Shown: in pieces, positions 9,088 to 19,782 of the stretch
How the letters are laid out: every line of letters begins with the position of its first letter
How positions within the stretch are numbered: the stretch's first letter is position 1
Assembly (NCBI GenBank): GCA_964415355.1
Contig: CAYPYS010000003.1
Coordinates: forward strand, 68,156-132,155
Length of the DNA: 64,000 nucleotides
From: an uncultured Planctomycetia bacterium
GTDB taxonomy: Bacteria; Omnitrophota; Gorgyraeia; Gorgyraeales; Gorgyraeaceae
Direction: 5' to 3'
Notes under the pieces: generated by a model
Seen by the model: the letters and a program-made list of their open reading frames with translations, nothing else
What the model was told of the DNA's origin: nothing
Database searches by the model: none
Made by a program: the position numbers and the translations under genes

Positions 9088-9804
9088 TTATTTCTTTTTT
9101 ATAGAATACAGAACAAGGCCTGATATTAAAACCGCGACCAACAAAAGAAGCACAGAAAGGTTCTGCATAAAAGAAGGAGATAACCCGCCAGCTCCCTTTG
9201 TCATAATCAAAGCCCCGTCTTTATCGGAAGACGGTATTCCTTTTTTAAATCTTAGATTACCGCCTGTATCCATCCATAGATAATATTCGCGACCCTGGAC
9301 ATCCGTAAGCATAATCCTGCTTGGACCCGATGTATCGCCACGCAGAATCAAATCCTTTTTAAGAGTCAAAGACCCGGACATTACAGCATCTATGTCATTC
9401 CGTATGAGCTGGCTAGAGTCCAGCATATCTATTGTTTGGGCATTAAATGCATAAGCGGAGGAGGCAAGTTTTATCCTGGGCGCCATTTCTCCGTCGCTGG
9501 CAACTTCTATACCCATCCAAAGATCCTTACCAAAATCTACATCCAAAGGATTTATCGAACCGAGAAGTACATTGAACATGCCATTATTTATAGTAAGTAT
9601 ATGCCCTTCCTCCCAGAGAACCTCGCCTTCGGCATCCACGTCATAAAACCTGAAAGTTACAAGGTAATTGCCGGTCAGAGGGTTATCGTCTTTGTCGGTA
9701 AATCTGCCCTGATAATTTATGACCTGAGGTACATCTGCGTAAGTTGACACAGAAAAATATGCCATTCCGATAATAATGAATAAGACCAAGATAATCTTTT
9801 TCAT
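9088..9804 (-). CDS. Secreted, C-terminally anchored hypothetical protein (VPQVINYQG-type N-terminal domain)
   Basis: Signal peptide MKKIIL...TYA, C-terminal TM plus KKK; GAGGGG RBS before ATG 9804. Confidence 0.75.
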   Translation of the reverse strand: MKKIILVLFIIIGMAYFSVSTYADVPQVINYQGRFTDKDDNPLTGNYLVTFRFYDVDAEGEVLWEEGHILTINNGMFNVLLGSINPLDVDFGKDLWMGIEVASDGEMAPRIKLASSAYAFNAQTIDMLDSSQLIRNDIDAVMSGSLTLKKDLILRGDTSGPSRIMLTDVQGREYYLWMDTGGNLRFKKGIPSSDKDGALIMTKGAGGLSPSFMQNLSVLLLLVAVLISGLVLYSIKKK

Positions 9805-9829
9805 ATATACCCCCTCTGTTTTTGGCTGA

Positions 9830-9905
9830 TGGTGCCGGGGCCCAGAATCGAACTGGGGACGCACGGATTTTCAGTCCGTCGCTCTACCTGCTGAGCTACC
9901 CCGGC
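9830..9905 (-). tRNA. tRNA-Phe(GAA)
   Basis: GCCGGGGTAGCTCAG...ACGGA-CTGAAAA-TCCGT...GTTCGATTC...ACCA. Confidence 0.96.
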
Positions 9906-9976
9906 GACAGCAACTTGTAATTATTTTATCAAAGCCTCTACTTATGTCAATACAAATAGTTTTATTTTCACTGTCT

Positions 9977-10013
9977 TAACTTTACATTTCAACAACGTTA
10001 AAGTGTAAAGTTA
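9977..10013. repeat. Palindromic element copy 6 (encodes the ApbE C-terminus NFTL*)
   Basis: TAACTTTACATTTCAACAACGTTAAAGTGTAAAGTTA. Confidence 0.95.
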
Positions 10014-10861
10014 GCGTCTGCTTCTATTATTAAAACTTCTGTGTCTTTTAAAGATTCTATGAGTCGCGAACCCTGTTCTTTGCCCATTACAAAGACAGCT
10101 GTAGAAAGGGCATCTGCTTCTTCTGCTGAACTGGCAATGACAGTAACGCTAGCAATGCTTTCGGCGGCCTTGCCGTTAGCAGGGTCTATTATATGAGACC
10201 CTCTTTCATAATAACCTGACGTGGAAATAGCCTTATCTCTTAAATCCAATTTATATATTATTTTTTTCTTATTCTCAGGGCTCTGTATTCCTATCTTCCA
10301 GGATTCTTTGCGCAGTGGATTGCCCAACGCATATATGTTCCCCCCGATATTTATCAATGCATTACTGACTCCCTTTGACAATAAAATTTCTTTTGTCCTG
10401 TCTACTGCATAGCCCTTTGCTATCCCGCCCAAATCTATCTTCATATCTTCTTCTAAAAAACGTACGGATAATCTTTCTTTATCTAAAGAGATTTTTTCAT
10501 ATCTTCCTTTTTTTAAAGGCTCGATCGTTATATCAAAGCTTCCGCTGCTCAGCCTGCTATAATTAATAGCTCGCTCTATAAGTCCGAAAACCTCTGCGTC
10601 TATATTTACAGCCCCACTGCCTGCGAGCCTATTTATCCTTGAAACCTCGCTTTCATTATTAAATTTATCAAAAATTCTTTCTATGCGCTCTATCTCTCTA
10701 AACGCATCCTCAATCGCATCGGATGCATCTCTCTCGTCAGAAGCATAATAAGATATCTCTGCAAAGGTATCCATTGCGATCCTTGTCTCCTTAAACAGTC
10801 GAGGCTGACTGCAAGAACAAAAAAATAGAAAAACAAAAATAAACAAAAATATATTCTTCAT
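9998..10861 (-). CDS. apbE: FAD:protein FMN transferase (lipoprotein)
   Basis: AMDT, GSFDIT, IDLGGIAKGYAVD, STSGYYE, ADALSTA; RnfD and RnfG nearby need flavinylation. Confidence 0.93.
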   Translation of the reverse strand: MKNIFLFIFVFLFFCSCSQPRLFKETRIAMDTFAEISYYASDERDASDAIEDAFREIERIERIFDKFNNESEVSRINRLAGSGAVNIDAEVFGLIERAINYSRLSSGSFDITIEPLKKGRYEKISLDKERLSVRFLEEDMKIDLGGIAKGYAVDRTKEILLSKGVSNALINIGGNIYALGNPLRKESWKIGIQSPENKKKIIYKLDLRDKAISTSGYYERGSHIIDPANGKAAESIASVTVIASSAEEADALSTAVFVMGKEQGSRLIESLKDTEVLIIEADANFTL

Positions 10862-10869
10862 AACAAAAT

Positions 10870-10906
10870 AAAAAATCCCGCACCTTTTAGAAAAAAGATG
10901 CGGGTT
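10870..10906 (-). terminator. Intrinsic terminator after pdaD
   Basis: CCCGCATCTTTT/AAAAGGTGCGGG stem followed by a U-tract on the minus strand. Confidence 0.65.
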
Positions 10907-10924
10907 GGCTAAAATCTTAAAGCA

Positions 10925-11557
10925 TCAAAATAAAAATACTGCTGCTGCTATAACAGTAGACCAGTTTCCGTTCGGGTCTATTATCGTGGACTGGGTGACA
11001 TTCCCGGTTTTGACAATCTTATCGCTCATCCTGTATTCTTCTTTCACCTCGTCCCAGTTTTTGGAATCATCGAAATCTGAAAATCCCAATGTAGACGCAA
11101 GCATCCTGGCTGCCAACTCTTCAGCATAGTCTCCAGCGGTCTCGTCAGTCTCACCATATGCATGATGCTCGCTCAAATATCCATACATATTATCTTCGGC
11201 GGGTATTGCACTTCCAACAGAAGACGCGATTAGCCGTCGAGGCTCGTTAGAGCTGCAGCGCGCCAACACACAATATGTTATCATGCCAGGCACGAGTTCT
11301 TTGATGCCTTCGTTTCGCGAAAGGATTTTACATCCAGGCGGAAAAATACTCGAGACATAGACAAGATTGCATTTTTCAATACCTGCGTCTTTTAAGGCCA
11401 GCTCGTACGAGCGGAGTTCTTCTTTATGAGTACCCACTCCTTTTGTAAAAAAAATCTTAGCGGGCACCAGTTTAACAGGCTGTTGTTGCGTCGCAGGAGA
11501 TGCTGACTGTTGCGCCGCAACTGTTTGCTGTGATCCGTTACTGTTGTTATTATTCAT
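10925..11557 (-). CDS. pdaD: Pyruvoyl-dependent arginine decarboxylase
   Basis: [27 protein letters not shown] (SS cleavage site), GYLSEHH. Confidence 0.9.
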   Translation of the reverse strand: MNNNNSNGSQQTVAAQQSASPATQQQPVKLVPAKIFFTKGVGTHKEELRSYELALKDAGIEKCNLVYVSSIFPPGCKILSRNEGIKELVPGMITYCVLARCSSNEPRRLIASSVGSAIPAEDNMYGYLSEHHAYGETDETAGDYAEELAARMLASTLGFSDFDDSKNWDEVKEEYRMSDKIVKTGNVTQSTIIDPNGNWSTVIAAAVFLF

Positions 11558-11559
11558 GC

Positions 11560-12081
11560 TTAATTGCCTTTAGGATGTTCGGTCGCCTGGGGATGCTCAG
11601 CTGCTTTGGGATGTTCGGCTGGCTTCGGATGCTCGGTTGCCTTGGGATGCTCAACCTTCTCTGCTTCCTCTACTGCAATTTCTACCTCTTCCGTCTCTGA
11701 TTCTTCTATTAAAACATCCACCCAGCTCGCGATAAGCTTACCGCTTTCTTCACTATAATAACCTACCTCTGCCGTATCTCCTTCTTTAACATCTGAAAGC
11801 TGTATATCCTCTATCCCCTCCCAGAGTATTGTCTCTTCTTCCACAACAGAAAATTCTCTTTCAATTCCATCCTCCGTCTTCACAGCTATAACGCCTGTAG
11901 TCACATCTAAAGACGTTACCTCTCCGGTGATAACCCCTTCCTCTAACTCTCCTGCCTCAAGAGGTATGAGTTCTTCTAGATCGCTAGACGCTGTCTCTTC
12001 AACTTCTTCCTGAGCAAAAATAGGGGCCGATAAAAAAAGGACCGCAAAAAATAAAATAAAAAATTTAATCGTGCTTTTCAT
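11560..12081 (-). CDS. Secreted acidic protein with five C-terminal EHP hexapeptide repeats
   Basis: Signal peptide; [30 protein letters not shown]. Confidence 0.8.
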   Translation of the reverse strand: MKSTIKFFILFFAVLFLSAPIFAQEEVEETASSDLEELIPLEAGELEEGVITGEVTSLDVTTGVIAVKTEDGIEREFSVVEEETILWEGIEDIQLSDVKEGDTAEVGYYSEESGKLIASWVDVLIEESETEEVEIAVEEAEKVEHPKATEHPKPAEHPKAAEHPQATEHPKGN

Positions 12082-12142
12082 GACGCATCCTCCTTTTTAA
12101 AATCTAAAAAGATTATAGCACAAAAAATATCTTTTTCAATGA

Positions 12143-12649
12143 TTATGGTGCTACTTGTGCCCTCGATGTTACGAATACGTATTCAAGATCTTTTTTCCCC
12201 GAATTTTTTATATCGTGTGGTATCTGCGGCGGTATATATAATACGTGATTTTTTCTGATTTCAAAAATTTTATTTTTACCTACGAGTGCTTCTCCTTTGC
12301 CTTTTAAAATAATAAGGATCTCTTCTCTTCCATTTGTCAAATGCTCACCCGTGCTCTTGCCCGGCTTTAGCGTGACATGGCCAGATTCTAGATCTACACT
12401 GCCCAAATCCTTGTCGATCAGTCTCTGATATCTTTTTCTGGATTCCACTTTGACTAACTTCGGCTCTTTCATGCTAGCTGATGTGACCTCTCCCGTAATC
12501 ACGCCCTCCTCCAGTTCCTCTGCTTTAAGAGGAATGAGTTCCTCCAGATCCTCAGCTGCCGCCTCTTTAACTTCTTCCTGAGCAAAAATAGGGGTCGATA
12601 AAAAAAGAATAGTAAAAAATAAAATAAAAAATTTAACCAAGCTTTTCAT
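12143..12649 (-). CDS. Chimeric protein: signal peptide/acidic segment fused to a cupin domain
   Basis: First ~57 aa match 11560-12081; remainder matches the cupin at 12713-13042. Confidence 0.8.
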   Translation of the reverse strand: MKSLVKFFILFFTILFLSTPIFAQEEVKEAAAEDLEELIPLKAEELEEGVITGEVTSASMKEPKLVKVESRKRYQRLIDKDLGSVDLESGHVTLKPGKSTGEHLTNGREEILIILKGKGEALVGKNKIFEIRKNHVLYIPPQIPHDIKNSGKKDLEYVFVTSRAQVAP

Positions 12650-12712
12650 AACGCACCCTCCTTATTTTAAAATCTAAAAAGATTATAGCACAAAAAATAT
12701 CTTTTTCAATGA

Positions 12713-13042
12713 TTATGGTGCTACTTGTGCCTTTGATGTTACAAACACATACTCGAGATCTTTCTTGCCTGAATTTTTTATATCGTGGGTTGTCTGCGGC
12801 GGTATATATAATACATGATTTCCTTTGATTGTAAAAATTTTATTCTTATCTACCACTGCTTTGCCTTCTCCTCTTAAGACAATAATGATCTCTTCTCTTT
12901 CATTTGTCGAATGTTCGCCTATATTCTCGCCCGCCTTTAGCACGACGTGGCCTGATTTCAAGCCGGAACTACCCAAGTCTTTATTGACCAATCTCTGATA
13001 TTTTTCTATGGACTCTAGTTTTACTAACCTTGGCTCTTTCAT
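12713..13042 (-). CDS. Cupin domain protein
   Basis: GEHSTNEREE...G.G...YIPPQTTHDIKN. Confidence 0.88.
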   Translation of the reverse strand: MKEPRLVKLESIEKYQRLVNKDLGSSGLKSGHVVLKAGENIGEHSTNEREEIIIVLRGEGKAVVDKNKIFTIKGNHVLYIPPQTTHDIKNSGKKDLEYVFVTSKAQVAP

Positions 13043-13102
13043 ATACGCTTATTATAATACATGGGGAGGTATTTTTGGAAGTAAATATATTTTTGACCTG
13101 CA

Positions 13103-13139
13103 TAACTTTACACTTTAACGTTGTTGAAATGTAAAGTTA
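13103..13139. repeat. Palindromic element copy 7 (abuts tRNA-Asp CCA)
   Basis: TAACTTTACACTTTAACGTTGTTGAAATGTAAAGTTA directly next to TGG at 13140. Confidence 0.95.
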
Positions 13140-13217
13140 TGGCGGGGACGACGGGGCTCGAACCCGCGACCTCAAGATCGACAATCTTGCGTTCTATCCA
13201 AACTGAACTACGTCCCC
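13140..13217 (-). tRNA. tRNA-Asp(GTC)
   Basis: GGGGACGTAGTTCAG...CAAGA-TTGTCGA-TCTTG...GGTTCGAGCCC...GCCA. Confidence 0.95.
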
Positions 13218-13244
13218 AAAATTTTCTCTTTTAACGTGCGATAA

Positions 13245-13322
13245 TGGTGGGCGGTACAGGGCTCGAACCTGTGAAACCTCTTCGGTGTAAACGAAGCGCT
13301 CTACCAACTGAGCTAACCGCCC
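13245..13322 (-). tRNA. tRNA-Val(TAC)
   Basis: GGGCGGTTAGCTCAG...CTTCG-TTTACAC-CGAAG...GGTTCGAGCCC...ACCA. Confidence 0.94.
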
Positions 13323-13377
13323 TGTTAAGCGCCTTAATACTATACAATACCAGCCACTATGTTTCAAGCAATATTTC

Positions 13378-13827
13378 TCAGAGCTTTCCTGCCGCCATCA
13401 TTATGAATACCATTACAAATAGCGCAACTGTTTCGATGATACCGAGGACCATAAGGTAGTTTCCAAAGCCTTTACCTGTCTCTGCCATTGCGTCAGCTGC
13501 TGAAGCACCTGCCTTGCCCTGCATCCACGCGGACATGCCCATCGCAATACCGCAGAGAATCCCTGCGGCCCACATGAACTGGCCTTTCTTCGCTAGTTCT
13601 ACAAGCGTATTCATCACTATCATGCCATAGATCGTCTGTGTTAGCGGTGCGCCGACAAATACAGTGAGCACGAAAGGCGCGTTCTTATTCTGCGCAAAAC
13701 ACTTCTTCCATGAACCCACTGCTGCCATGCCTGCCGCGCCTGTGCCGAGCGCCGAGCCTATTGCGGCAAATGCCAGAGATGCTGCGATCCCCAGATCCTT
13801 AAACTGCAATAATAAATTCGCATCCAT
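13378..13827 (-). CDS. ntpK: V/A-type ATP synthase subunit K (c)
   Basis: Proteolipid, APLTQTIYG, GIIETVALF; start MDANL at 13827. Confidence 0.92.
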   Translation of the reverse strand: MDANLLLQFKDLGIAASLAFAAIGSALGTGAAGMAAVGSWKKCFAQNKNAPFVLTVFVGAPLTQTIYGMIVMNTLVELAKKGQFMWAAGILCGIAMGMSAWMQGKAGASAADAMAETGKGFGNYLMVLGIIETVALFVMVFIMMAAGKL

Positions 13828-13828
13828 A

Positions 13829-15583
13829 TCAACTTGCCTCCTGTCTAAAAGGTTTATATTCGACTCCTGACCACTCCATATTAAGATGACTTGAAAACTC
13901 CAGGACATTCAGACGGACCCCATGCACCAGGACAGCCATCGCGCCCAATAAAATGTTCAATGTGTGACCGAAAATAAGGACAAGCGCTGTAAAAAATCCG
14001 GAAATTATATCCCCGTATCCGATGCCTAGCGCCATCTGATTAAACGCGTCTGCCACAGCAACCGTTGCTGCTCCTACAGCGAACAAACGTATATATGAAA
14101 CTGTGTCGGTAAAAGCATTTATTACATTAAGAAGCAGACCTCCTATCCCGGAACCAATCGTCTTAAAAATGTTTTTGGTGGGATTCGTGCAAAGAATAAC
14201 GAGGCTGGCACCACAAATAAAAAGGTATTTACCTGATTCGGGAAATATCTCTCCCAATATCAGCATCCTCGCCAGAAAATACGCCGCCCACAACATACAC
14301 ACCCACCCTGCCTCTGAAAACGCCTTAAGTGAAGGCATCTTACGTATGAATCTCCACGTATGCGCGATGCTCAGATGAAGCGCGCCTATAAAAAAACAAA
14401 GCGCTTGGATATTTCTGCTCTCTCTTAAAAAAGGAAGAAGCGGCTTTACAGTCGGAGGAAGCCATGACTGACCAAAAAAAGTGCCGGTCAAAACACCCCA
14501 TATAATCGTAGAGATACTCAAGAAATACGTAAGTATAAAAATAGATTTATCCTTGATCCTATTTTTAAACCTAGCGTGGCAAAAAAGATTGGCGATAAAA
14601 AATACGACTCCGTATCCTGCGTCACCTATAAGCATCCCGAAAAATACCGAGAAGAACAACAGAAACCAGAAACTTATATCCATCTCTCTGTATCCGGGTA
14701 TGGTCTTTATCACCTGGAACACGGGCTTTATCATTTCTATCCAGCGCGGATTTTTTATTAAAGTCGGGACATTATCGCTTTCATCCGGATCTTCGACGAG
14801 AAGCCCCCACCTTTCAGCCTTTGTGCGCCTTTCAAAAGAATTAACAGCATGGACCGGACAATACCCTATGATGTACGAAAGGTTTTCGAATCTGCCCATG
14901 CCTGCACGCGCCCTGTTAAACTCCAGGATTGACTCAAGATGTCTCTTGTGAGATATTAGTAAATTTTTATATCCTGCCAATTCTATTAATCTTTTATCAA
15001 TACCGGAAAGTCTCTTTTTATGTTCTTTTTCCTCGGCGATCATCTCTCCTAAGCTCTTGGCCGGCATATTCAATGTGCCAAACTTTAAATCCATATCTCT
15101 CTGCGATATTATCGCGCAATAATGTACATTGCCTTTCTTAAAAAGTTTTTCCAGAATGACCTCGCCCGGCACTTCCTTTATCTGTTTTTTTGTAAGCCTG
15201 CAAAGATAAACTGACACTCCCCTACTCTTCAAATCATCTATAAACTCTGGATCAAAATCCCCCCACGCCTTCCATGTCTCTATGTCCTTGTTTATCTTTC
15301 TCAGGCTTTCCAGGATGATCTCTTTTTTGTCTACCAGGCTGACTGCCTCATGGGCTAATTTTCCAGGACCTTCGCTTAAATGTCTATTGTCTTTGGTGTT
15401 AGGCAATATATCTATGGCCTTTGAAATAGAGAGACATGTTCTCTCTACCTCTTTTATGCCTTCCCCCTCCGGGGCATTTTGGTGCTCTATATGTAGAAGC
15501 CCTAGTTTTCCTAAAGATGTAAGCGCCTCCTCGACATCTTTGGCTTGAACCACAAGGGTTATTTTTTTCATCCTGACGATCAT
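13829..15583 (-). CDS. ntpI: V/A-type ATP synthase subunit I
   Basis: FFGMLIGDAGYG, SYIRLFAVG, HGVRLNVLEF. Confidence 0.95.
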   Translation of the reverse strand: MIVRMKKITLVVQAKDVEEALTSLGKLGLLHIEHQNAPEGEGIKEVERTCLSISKAIDILPNTKDNRHLSEGPGKLAHEAVSLVDKKEIILESLRKINKDIETWKAWGDFDPEFIDDLKSRGVSVYLCRLTKKQIKEVPGEVILEKLFKKGNVHYCAIISQRDMDLKFGTLNMPAKSLGEMIAEEKEHKKRLSGIDKRLIELAGYKNLLISHKRHLESILEFNRARAGMGRFENLSYIIGYCPVHAVNSFERRTKAERWGLLVEDPDESDNVPTLIKNPRWIEMIKPVFQVIKTIPGYREMDISFWFLLFFSVFFGMLIGDAGYGVVFFIANLFCHARFKNRIKDKSIFILTYFLSISTIIWGVLTGTFFGQSWLPPTVKPLLPFLRESRNIQALCFFIGALHLSIAHTWRFIRKMPSLKAFSEAGWVCMLWAAYFLARMLILGEIFPESGKYLFICGASLVILCTNPTKNIFKTIGSGIGGLLLNVINAFTDTVSYIRLFAVGAATVAVADAFNQMALGIGYGDIISGFFTALVLIFGHTLNILLGAMAVLVHGVRLNVLEFSSHLNMEWSGVEYKPFRQEAS

Positions 15584-16191
15584 ATCAAGGCTTCCTCTAA
15601 TTTTTCACTTTTATTCTTCGCGATCTTCGAACGGCCCACGGCATTAGTCTGCTGGTCACCAAGACATATTCTTATGAGCCGGATATTCTCCATCGCCTCA
15701 GGTATCTTTATTTTTTCAAAGAGATTGACGCGCTGAGCGGTTATCCTTAATTCATGCCCTAAGATCTTCAATTGTTCCTTGAATATTTTCTCTTCCTCTA
15801 ATAATACAACAAGCTGTCTTATCTTTTCGATCGCCCTATCCACCCACAGCGGAGTCAAAAACATATCATAATCAGGTTCGTCAAAATCCTCTCCTTCAAA
15901 AGTCGGCATATCGATCCCGGCTATATTTAATTCTCCTATGCGGATTCTCCTGGGCTTTATCCATTTAGAAACATAATCACCTGGTTCATTCAGGAGACTT
16001 GCCCATTCATTTATCTCGTTTTCCGCGCTGTATATCTCCTGTAGCTTCAGCTTTAATTTTTCGTGGATATGGTGTATCTCCAGCTGCAGTTGTTGTTTTT
16101 TTAATTGTAGGATAGGGAGGTAATGCGTGAATTGCTTCAGCGACTCGCGCTGTCTCTTTAGTTCGCCTTTTGTGAGTTTAATCTTTGCCAT
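15580..16191 (-). CDS. ntpD: V/A-type ATP synthase subunit D
   Basis: [24 protein letters not shown]. Confidence 0.95.
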   Translation of the reverse strand: MAKIKLTKGELKRQRESLKQFTHYLPILQLKKQQLQLEIHHIHEKLKLKLQEIYSAENEINEWASLLNEPGDYVSKWIKPRRIRIGELNIAGIDMPTFEGEDFDEPDYDMFLTPLWVDRAIEKIRQLVVLLEEEKIFKEQLKILGHELRITAQRVNLFEKIKIPEAMENIRLIRICLGDQQTNAVGRSKIAKNKSEKLEEALI

Positions 16192-17479
16192 GCGGCCAGA
16201 ACTCCTGCACCAGTTCTGATTTTATTCCCACTTCGAATGATTCAAAATGCTCCGCCAGGATCTGCCAGCCCAGGTCCAATGCATTCTCGAGGGTGACATT
16301 TACGGATAGATCCATCATCTTCCGTTCGAATGCCTGACCGTATCTCAAAAGTTTTTTATCCCACTCGCTCATTCTAAATCCCATTGCCTGTTTTTCCAAT
16401 GTCGAGCGATAATCGGCAAAAAGCTGGATCATCCTGTTCATGACTATCCTGTGGTCTTTCCTCGTGCGTCCATTTACCTGCTGCTTGAGACGACTAAGGG
16501 AACCAAACGGCTCTATGGATTTGTTTCTCAGGTAAAACTGTCCCTCTGTGATGTAACCGGTGTTGTCAGGCACTGGATGAGTAACATCGTCGCCCGGCAT
16601 CGTAGTGACAGCGAGCACTGTAATAGAGCCTGCTGTATCAAAATCAACTGCCTTTTCGTATCGACTCGCCAGCTGGCTGTATAGATCTCCGGGGTAACCC
16701 CTGTTTGAGGGAATCTGTTCCATTGTAATCGATATTTCTTTTAGTGCGTCGCAAAAATTTGTCATATCGCTTAAGAGTACCAGCACGCGCTTTCCTTTTA
16801 ACGCAAAACCTTCCGCGACAGCCAGGCTGATATCAGGCACGAGAAGACATTCGACCGTAGGGTCAGAAGCAGTGTGGACAAAAAATATAGATCTCGAAAG
16901 CGAACCGTGTTTTTCCAGCGTATCCCTGAAGAAAAGATAGTCGTCGTATTTAAGGCCCATGCCCCCTAAGATTATCAGATCTACTTCTGCCTGGGTCGCG
17001 ATGCGGGCAAGCACATCATTATAGGGTTCTCCGGGCACTGAGAATATGGGAAGTTTTTGCGATTCCACCAGCGTGTTGAATATATCTATCATGGGGATGC
17101 CCGTACGGACCATCTTTCGAGGTATGATCCTTTTCGCGGGGTTTACAGGGGGCCCTCCTATCTCTGTCATATTCTCGACGAGCTCAGGGCCATTGTCCCG
17201 CGGCAGGCCTGCGCCGTTAAATATACGACCCATGAGATTTTCGCTAAAAGAAATCCTCATTGCATGCCCTAAAAATCTTACCTTGTCGCCCGTAGATACG
17301 CCTCTCGAGCCTGCGAATACCTGTAAATATACACGTTCACCATCGATCCTTATGACCTGGGCTAAAGACTTTCCTGCCCTGGAGGCTATCTCGGCAAGAT
17401 CCTTATAGCCTATATCCTTTGCTTCTACTGTCACGACATTCCCTGCTATCTGTATTATGCGGTTATATATTTTCTGCAT
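16178..17479 (-). CDS. ntpB: V/A-type ATP synthase subunit B
   Basis: [31 protein letters not shown]. Confidence 0.96.
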   Translation of the reverse strand: MQKIYNRIIQIAGNVVTVEAKDIGYKDLAEIASRAGKSLAQVIRIDGERVYLQVFAGSRGVSTGDKVRFLGHAMRISFSENLMGRIFNGAGLPRDNGPELVENMTEIGGPPVNPAKRIIPRKMVRTGIPMIDIFNTLVESQKLPIFSVPGEPYNDVLARIATQAEVDLIILGGMGLKYDDYLFFRDTLEKHGSLSRSIFFVHTASDPTVECLLVPDISLAVAEGFALKGKRVLVLLSDMTNFCDALKEISITMEQIPSNRGYPGDLYSQLASRYEKAVDFDTAGSITVLAVTTMPGDDVTHPVPDNTGYITEGQFYLRNKSIEPFGSLSRLKQQVNGRTRKDHRIVMNRMIQLFADYRSTLEKQAMGFRMSEWDKKLLRYGQAFERKMMDLSVNVTLENALDLGWQILAEHFESFEVGIKSELVQEFWPHGKD

Positions 17480-19223
17480 GGCCCCGTCCCGATTTCTTCA
17501 GTCTTTCAGAAACTGTTGTTTTTATATCTTCTTCCTTTTTGGGAAAATCCCCCGCATCCTGATCTACCGAATTCCACTCTATAAACTTCTGTCTTAAATT
17601 CTGGAAAAACTTCCTTGCTGAATCCTTGTCTCCAAATTCAAACCGGCTTTCCAGGATCTCGTAGATCACGCGAAATACATGCTTCTGCCTCTCCTTTATC
17701 GTCGCTGCATCCACCTCGTCAAACGCATTCTGCTGCAAGTAAACAGAATCCAGAAACTCTGCCTTTAAATATATGATAAAATCTGAGAGAGACGTCCCTT
17801 CTTCGCCCACGACCTTCATCATCTGGTTTACCTCATTCCCTTTCCTTAAAATACGCTGAGCCGTCTGTATTTCTTTCTCGTCTATAAAACTTTTATATTT
17901 GCTCCAGCTTTCCATGGGATCTATCGCAGGATATTTTCGCGCGTTTGCGCGGTTATTCGAAAGTCCGTGGAATGCTCCGACCACCTTCAATGTGGCCTGG
18001 GTCACTGGTTCCTCAAAATTTCCTCCGGCGGGACTTACGGCTCCTCCTATAGTGACAGAACCAATGCTTCCGTCGCGCAATTTCACCAGGCCTGCGCGTT
18101 CGTAAAAAGAAGCTATCCTGGTCTCAAGATACGCAGGGAACGCTTCTTCGCCGGGTATCTCTTCAAGCCGGCCTGACATCTCGCGCATGGCCTGCGCCCA
18201 GCGCGACGTAGAATCAGCTATCAAGAGAACATTAAGGCCCATCTGGCGATAGTATTCTGCGATAGTAACAGCCGTATACACACTCGATTCACGCGCAGCA
18301 ACAGGCATTGAACTGGTGTTGCAAATAATCACTGTGCGTTCTATAAGAAACCTTCCGGTCCTGGGATCTTTGATCTCAGGGAATGTCCTGAGGGTTTCAA
18401 CGACCTCTCCAGCCCTTTCCCCGCAAGCTGCGATAATGACTATATCTACCTCTGCATGTTTACTTATCAGCTGCTGCAAAACCGTCTTCCCCGAACCAAA
18501 AGGTCCCGGCACGCAATACGTACCTCCGCGAGCAACGGGCATCAGGGTATCAACTATCCTTATTTTTGTAACAAGAGGGTCCTGCGGTTTGAGTTTTTCC
18601 GCATACGCTGATATCGGTACCTTGACAGGCCATATCTGCTGCATCGCGGCATCATGAATATTGCCATGTTCATCTCTGAGTTTTGCGATTGTGTGTTTTA
18701 AATTATATTTACCTTTTTTTACTATTGCTTCTATCTCTAACTCACCATTAAGTCTAAACGGCGCCATTATCCAGTGCTGGAAAATACCTTCTTTTACAAA
18801 TCCAAGCTTACCGCCAGCCCTGCATCTTTCGCCTTTTTTAACAGATGGGGTAAATTCCCATTTAGCTTCGTCAGGCAACGCCTCCAGGTACACGCCACGC
18901 TTCAAGAAAAAACCGCATCGCTCTGCTAGCTGCGGCAATGGATTTTGTAACCCATCGAATATCTGCCCCAAGAGCCCGGGGCCTAATTCAACGGACAGGA
19001 GCTCATCTGAAAATTCAACCTTCTCCCCTACCTTTAAACCTTTTGTATCTTCATATACTTGCAGCTCTGCCTTATTGCCTCTGACGCGGATCACCTCGGA
19101 CTTCAAGCGCTCTTCATTGTGCAGAATAAATGCGACCTCGTTCTGCACGACATAATCATCGAACTCCACTGCCACCATGTTTCCGTTTATACCCGCAATC
19201 TTCCCGATTCTTCTACTTCTCAT
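17463..19223 (-). CDS. ntpA: V/A-type ATP synthase subunit A
   Basis: PGPFGSGKT Walker [20 protein letters not shown]. Confidence 0.97.
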   Translation of the reverse strand: MRSRRIGKIAGINGNMVAVEFDDYVVQNEVAFILHNEERLKSEVIRVRGNKAELQVYEDTKGLKVGEKVEFSDELLSVELGPGLLGQIFDGLQNPLPQLAERCGFFLKRGVYLEALPDEAKWEFTPSVKKGERCRAGGKLGFVKEGIFQHWIMAPFRLNGELEIEAIVKKGKYNLKHTIAKLRDEHGNIHDAAMQQIWPVKVPISAYAEKLKPQDPLVTKIRIVDTLMPVARGGTYCVPGPFGSGKTVLQQLISKHAEVDIVIIAACGERAGEVVETLRTFPEIKDPRTGRFLIERTVIICNTSSMPVAARESSVYTAVTIAEYYRQMGLNVLLIADSTSRWAQAMREMSGRLEEIPGEEAFPAYLETRIASFYERAGLVKLRDGSIGSVTIGGAVSPAGGNFEEPVTQATLKVVGAFHGLSNNRANARKYPAIDPMESWSKYKSFIDEKEIQTAQRILRKGNEVNQMMKVVGEEGTSLSDFIIYLKAEFLDSVYLQQNAFDEVDAATIKERQKHVFRVIYEILESRFEFGDKDSARKFFQNLRQKFIEWNSVDQDAGDFPKKEEDIKTTVSERLKKSGRGHAENI

Positions 19224-19251
19224 CCCCTCTCCTTCTACTCTATAATTTCAC

Positions 19252-19782
19252 TTAAGCAGCGGTGATCAGATCCTGTAAAACCTGCATACCATCACTTGAA
19301 TTTATCTGATCCCAGCGAATTAAAATCTGAAGCTTCAAAGCATAGGTCACTAAATAATCTATATCAAAATAATGGGCCTTGCCAAGATCATCCAGCTTCT
19401 CCCACCTCAATCGATCCAAAGAAACCTCTGCCTCAAGAGGAGAATCTTGATCTACGACCCATTGCGCAAAACCCGCCATAAAAAGATCCGTAGAATCTTC
19501 TCCCCGAATATATTTACTTACATCCTTACCTTGCTTATTGGCCCGCACCCTTATTATCTCATTTACAAGAGTCATGTTAAACTTGTTCCATTCCCTAAGA
19601 GTCAGGCAACGGCTATCAGGCGATTCTAGAGACACGAGTTTTATTTCTTTTATGATATCCAGATCGCCCGGAGATAACTGCTCTTCGCATATGGAAAGAA
19701 AATGCGCATAAGTAAAAGGCGTCTTCATTCCAAATTCAAGCAATGGCAGGCTGGCTATCAGATAATAGTAAGCTTCTCTCAT
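19252..19782 (-). CDS. DUF2764-family V-ATPase associated subunit (C-like)
   Basis: YYYLIASLPLL start; sits between subunits E and A. Confidence 0.85.
   Translation of the reverse strand: MREAYYYLIASLPLLEFGMKTPFTYAHFLSICEEQLSPGDLDIIKEIKLVSLESPDSRCLTLREWNKFNMTLVNEIIRVRANKQGKDVSKYIRGEDSTDLFMAGFAQWVVDQDSPLEAEVSLDRLRWEKLDDLGKAHYFDIDYLVTYALKLQILIRWDQINSSDGMQVLQDLITAA

Larger units (their letters stand above)
11912..13042. repeat. About 570-bp diverged tandem duplication
   Basis: Identical intergenic block at about 12099-12161 and 12669-12731; paralogous cupin and signal-peptide segments at 570-bp offset. Confidence 0.9.

Noticed and set aside
9805-9864. ORF extension MRPQFDSG...
   Set aside because: Overlaps tRNA-Phe; the ATG at 9804 has an RBS and begins a signal peptide.
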